Shown here piece after piece: positions 61,701 to 64,000 of a stretch of DNA of 64,000 bases; position 1 is the stretch's first letter; every line of letters starts with the position of its first letter. This stretch comes from Antedon mediterranea (taxonomy: Eukaryota; Animalia; Echinodermata). The translations under genes were made by a program, and so were the position numbers. The stretch covers positions 16,664,795-16,728,794 of the forward strand of contig NC_092670.1 in the NCBI RefSeq assembly GCF_964355755.1. The letters run 5' to 3'. The notes beneath the pieces were generated by a model that did no database searches, was not told the origin of the DNA, and saw only the letters and a list, made by a program, of their open reading frames with translations.

Positions 61701-64000
61701 ATTTTGTTGTTTAGCTGCTGGCAACACTTGTCCAGCAGCAGCTGCAAGCATCAATTGTTCATGAACTGTAGGTTCCAAATGTTCTGAACTACAAGCATCA
61801 TTTTGTTGTTTAGCTGCTGGCAACACTTGTCCAGCAGCAGCTGCAAGCATCAATTGTTCATGAACTGTAGGTTCCAAATGTTCTGAACTACAAGCATCAT
61901 TTTGTTGTTTAGCTGCTGGCAACACTTGTCCAGCAGCAGCTGCAAGCATCAATTGTTCAGGAACTGTAGGTTCCAAATGTTCTGAACTACAAGCATCATT
62001 TTGTTGTTTAGCTGCTGGCAACACTTGTCCAGCAGCAGCTGCAAGCATCAATTGTTCAGGAACTGTAGGTTCCAAATGTTCTGAACTACAAGCATCATTT
62101 TGTTGTTTAGCTGCTGGCAACACTTGTCCAGCAGCAGCTGCAAGCATCAATTGTTCATGAACTGTAGGTTCCAAATGTTCTGAACTACAAGCATCATTTT
62201 GTTGTTTAGCTGCTGGCAACACTTGTCCAGCAGCAGCTGCAAGCATCAATTGTTCATGAACTGTAGGTTCCAAATGTTCTGAACTACAAGCATCATTTTG
62301 TTGTTTAGCTGCTGGCAAAACTTGTCCAGCAGCAGCTGCAAGCGTCAATTGTTCAGGACCTGTAGGTTCTAAATGTTCTGAACTACAAGCATAATTTTGT
62401 TGTTTAGCTGCTGGCAACACTTGTCCAGCAGCAGCTGCAAGCATCAATTGTTCATGAACTGTAGGTTCCAAATGTTCTGAACTACAAGCATCATTTTGTT
62501 GTTTAGCTGCTGGCAACACTTGTCCAGCAGCAGCTGCAAGCATCAATTGTTCAGGAACTGTAGGTTCCAAATGTTCTGAACTACAAGCATCATTTTGTTG
62601 TTTAGCTGCTGGCAACACTTGTCCAGCAGCAGCTGCAAGCATCAATTGTTCAGGAACTGTAGGTTCCAAATGTTCTGAACTACAAGCATCATTTTGTTGT
62701 TTAGCTGCTGGCAACACTTGTCCAGCAGCAGCTGCAAGCATCAATTGTTCAGGAACTGTAGGTTCCAAATGTTCTGAACTACAAGCATCATTTTGTTGTT
62801 TAGCTGCTGGCAACACTTGTCCAACAGCAGCTGCAAGCATCAATTGTTCAGGAACTGTAGGTTCCAAATGTTCTGAACTACAAGCATCATTTTGTTGTTT
62901 AGCTGCTGGCAACACTTGTCCAGCAGCAGCTGCAAGCATCAATTGTTCATGAACTGTAGGTTCCAAATGTTCTGAACTACAAGCATCATTTTGTTGTTTA
63001 GCTGCTGGCAACACTTGTCCAGCAGCAGCTGCAAGCATCAATTGTTCATGAACTGTAGGTTCCAAATGTTCTGAACTACAAGCATCATTTTGTTGTTTAG
63101 CTGCTGGCAAAACTTGTCCAGCAGCAGCTGCAAGCGTCAATTGTTCAGGACCTGTAGGTTCTAAATGTTCTGAACTACAAGCATAATTTTGTTGTTTAGC
63201 TGCTGGCAACACTTGTCCAGCAGCAGCTGCAAGCATCAATTGTTCATGAACTGTAGGTTCCAAATGTTCTGAACTACAAGCATCATTTTGTTGTTTAGCT
63301 GCTGGCAACACTTGTCCAGCAGCAGCTGCAAGCATCAATTGTTCATGAACTGTAGGTTCCAAATGTTCTGAACTACAAGCATCATTTTGTTGTTTAGCTG
63401 CTGGCAACACTTGTCCAGCAGCAGCTGCAAGCATCAATTGTTCAGGAACTGTAGGTTCCAAATGTTCTGAACTACAAGCATCATTTTGTTGTTTAGCTGC
63501 TGGCAACACTTGTCCAGCAGCAGCTGCAAGCATCAATTGTTCAGGAACTGTAGGTTCCAAATGTTCTGAACTACAAGCATCATTTTGTTGTTTAGCTGCT
63601 GGCAACACTTGTCCAGCAGCAGCTGCAAGCATCAATTGTTCAGGAACTGTAGGTTCCAAATGTTCTTAACTACAAGCATCATTTTGTTGTTTAGCTGCTG
63701 GCAACACTTGTCCAGCAGCAGCTGCAAGCATCAATTGTTCATGAACTGTAGGTTTCATATGCTCTGAGCTACAAGCATCATTTTGTTGTTTAGCTGCTGG
63801 CAACACTTGTCCAGCAGCAGCTGCAAGCATCAATTGTTCAGGAACTGTAGGTTCCAAATGTTCTGAACTACAAGCATCATTTTGTTGTTTAGCTGCTGGC
63901 AACACTTGTCCAGCAGCAGCTGCAAGCATCAATTGTTCATGAACTGTAGGTTCCAAATGTTCTGAACTACAAGCATCATTTTGTTGTTTAGCTGCTGGCA
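58783..64000. repeat. 99-bp tandem array (about 52 units, runs off the window)
   Basis: Near-identical units (for example acacttgtcc at 58861 and 58960); the minus frame reads EPTVPEQLMLAAAAGQVLPAAKQQNDACSSEHL. Confidence 0.98.

Noticed and set aside
59634-63659. 1341-aa ORF as a confirmed protein
   Set aside because: It arises from a 99-bp unit that is stop-free in one frame, and it is bounded by a stop and by frameshifts. It is kept only as a hypothesis in the findings.
58783-64000. CRISPR-like array
   Set aside because: The units are contiguous and near-identical, with no unique spacers, no cas genes and a eukaryotic context.

Overview
AT-rich, intron-rich animal genomic DNA, most likely from an echinoderm (inferred from a fibropellin-type gene). 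Most ORFs in the supplied track are spurious. Reading splice sites and phases by hand gives three genes. (1) A minus-strand delphilin/GRID2IP-type formin, 26 coding exons at 27964->4896, about 1351 aa, with PDZ-PDZ-HHD-PDZ-HHD-linker-FH1-FH2 architecture; it contains a U12-type minor intron and two candidate microexons. (2) A small minus-strand three-exon gene (42846->36659, 121 aa) with a TATA+Inr promoter, a signal peptide, a C-x5-C motif and basic cleavage sites; it looks like a peptide-hormone or neuropeptide precursor that I cannot assign to a family. (3) The 5' part of a plus-strand fibropellin-like gene (signal peptide, EGF, CUB, EGF repeats; 48376->58347 and beyond), followed by a >5 kb array of 99-bp units with higher-order periodicity and a long antisense open frame. 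Introns and intergenic DNA carry several MITE families (some nested), tRNA-derived SINEs, a Helitron/Helentron-like element, a LINE remnant and minisatellites. All exon models are manual predictions without transcript support.
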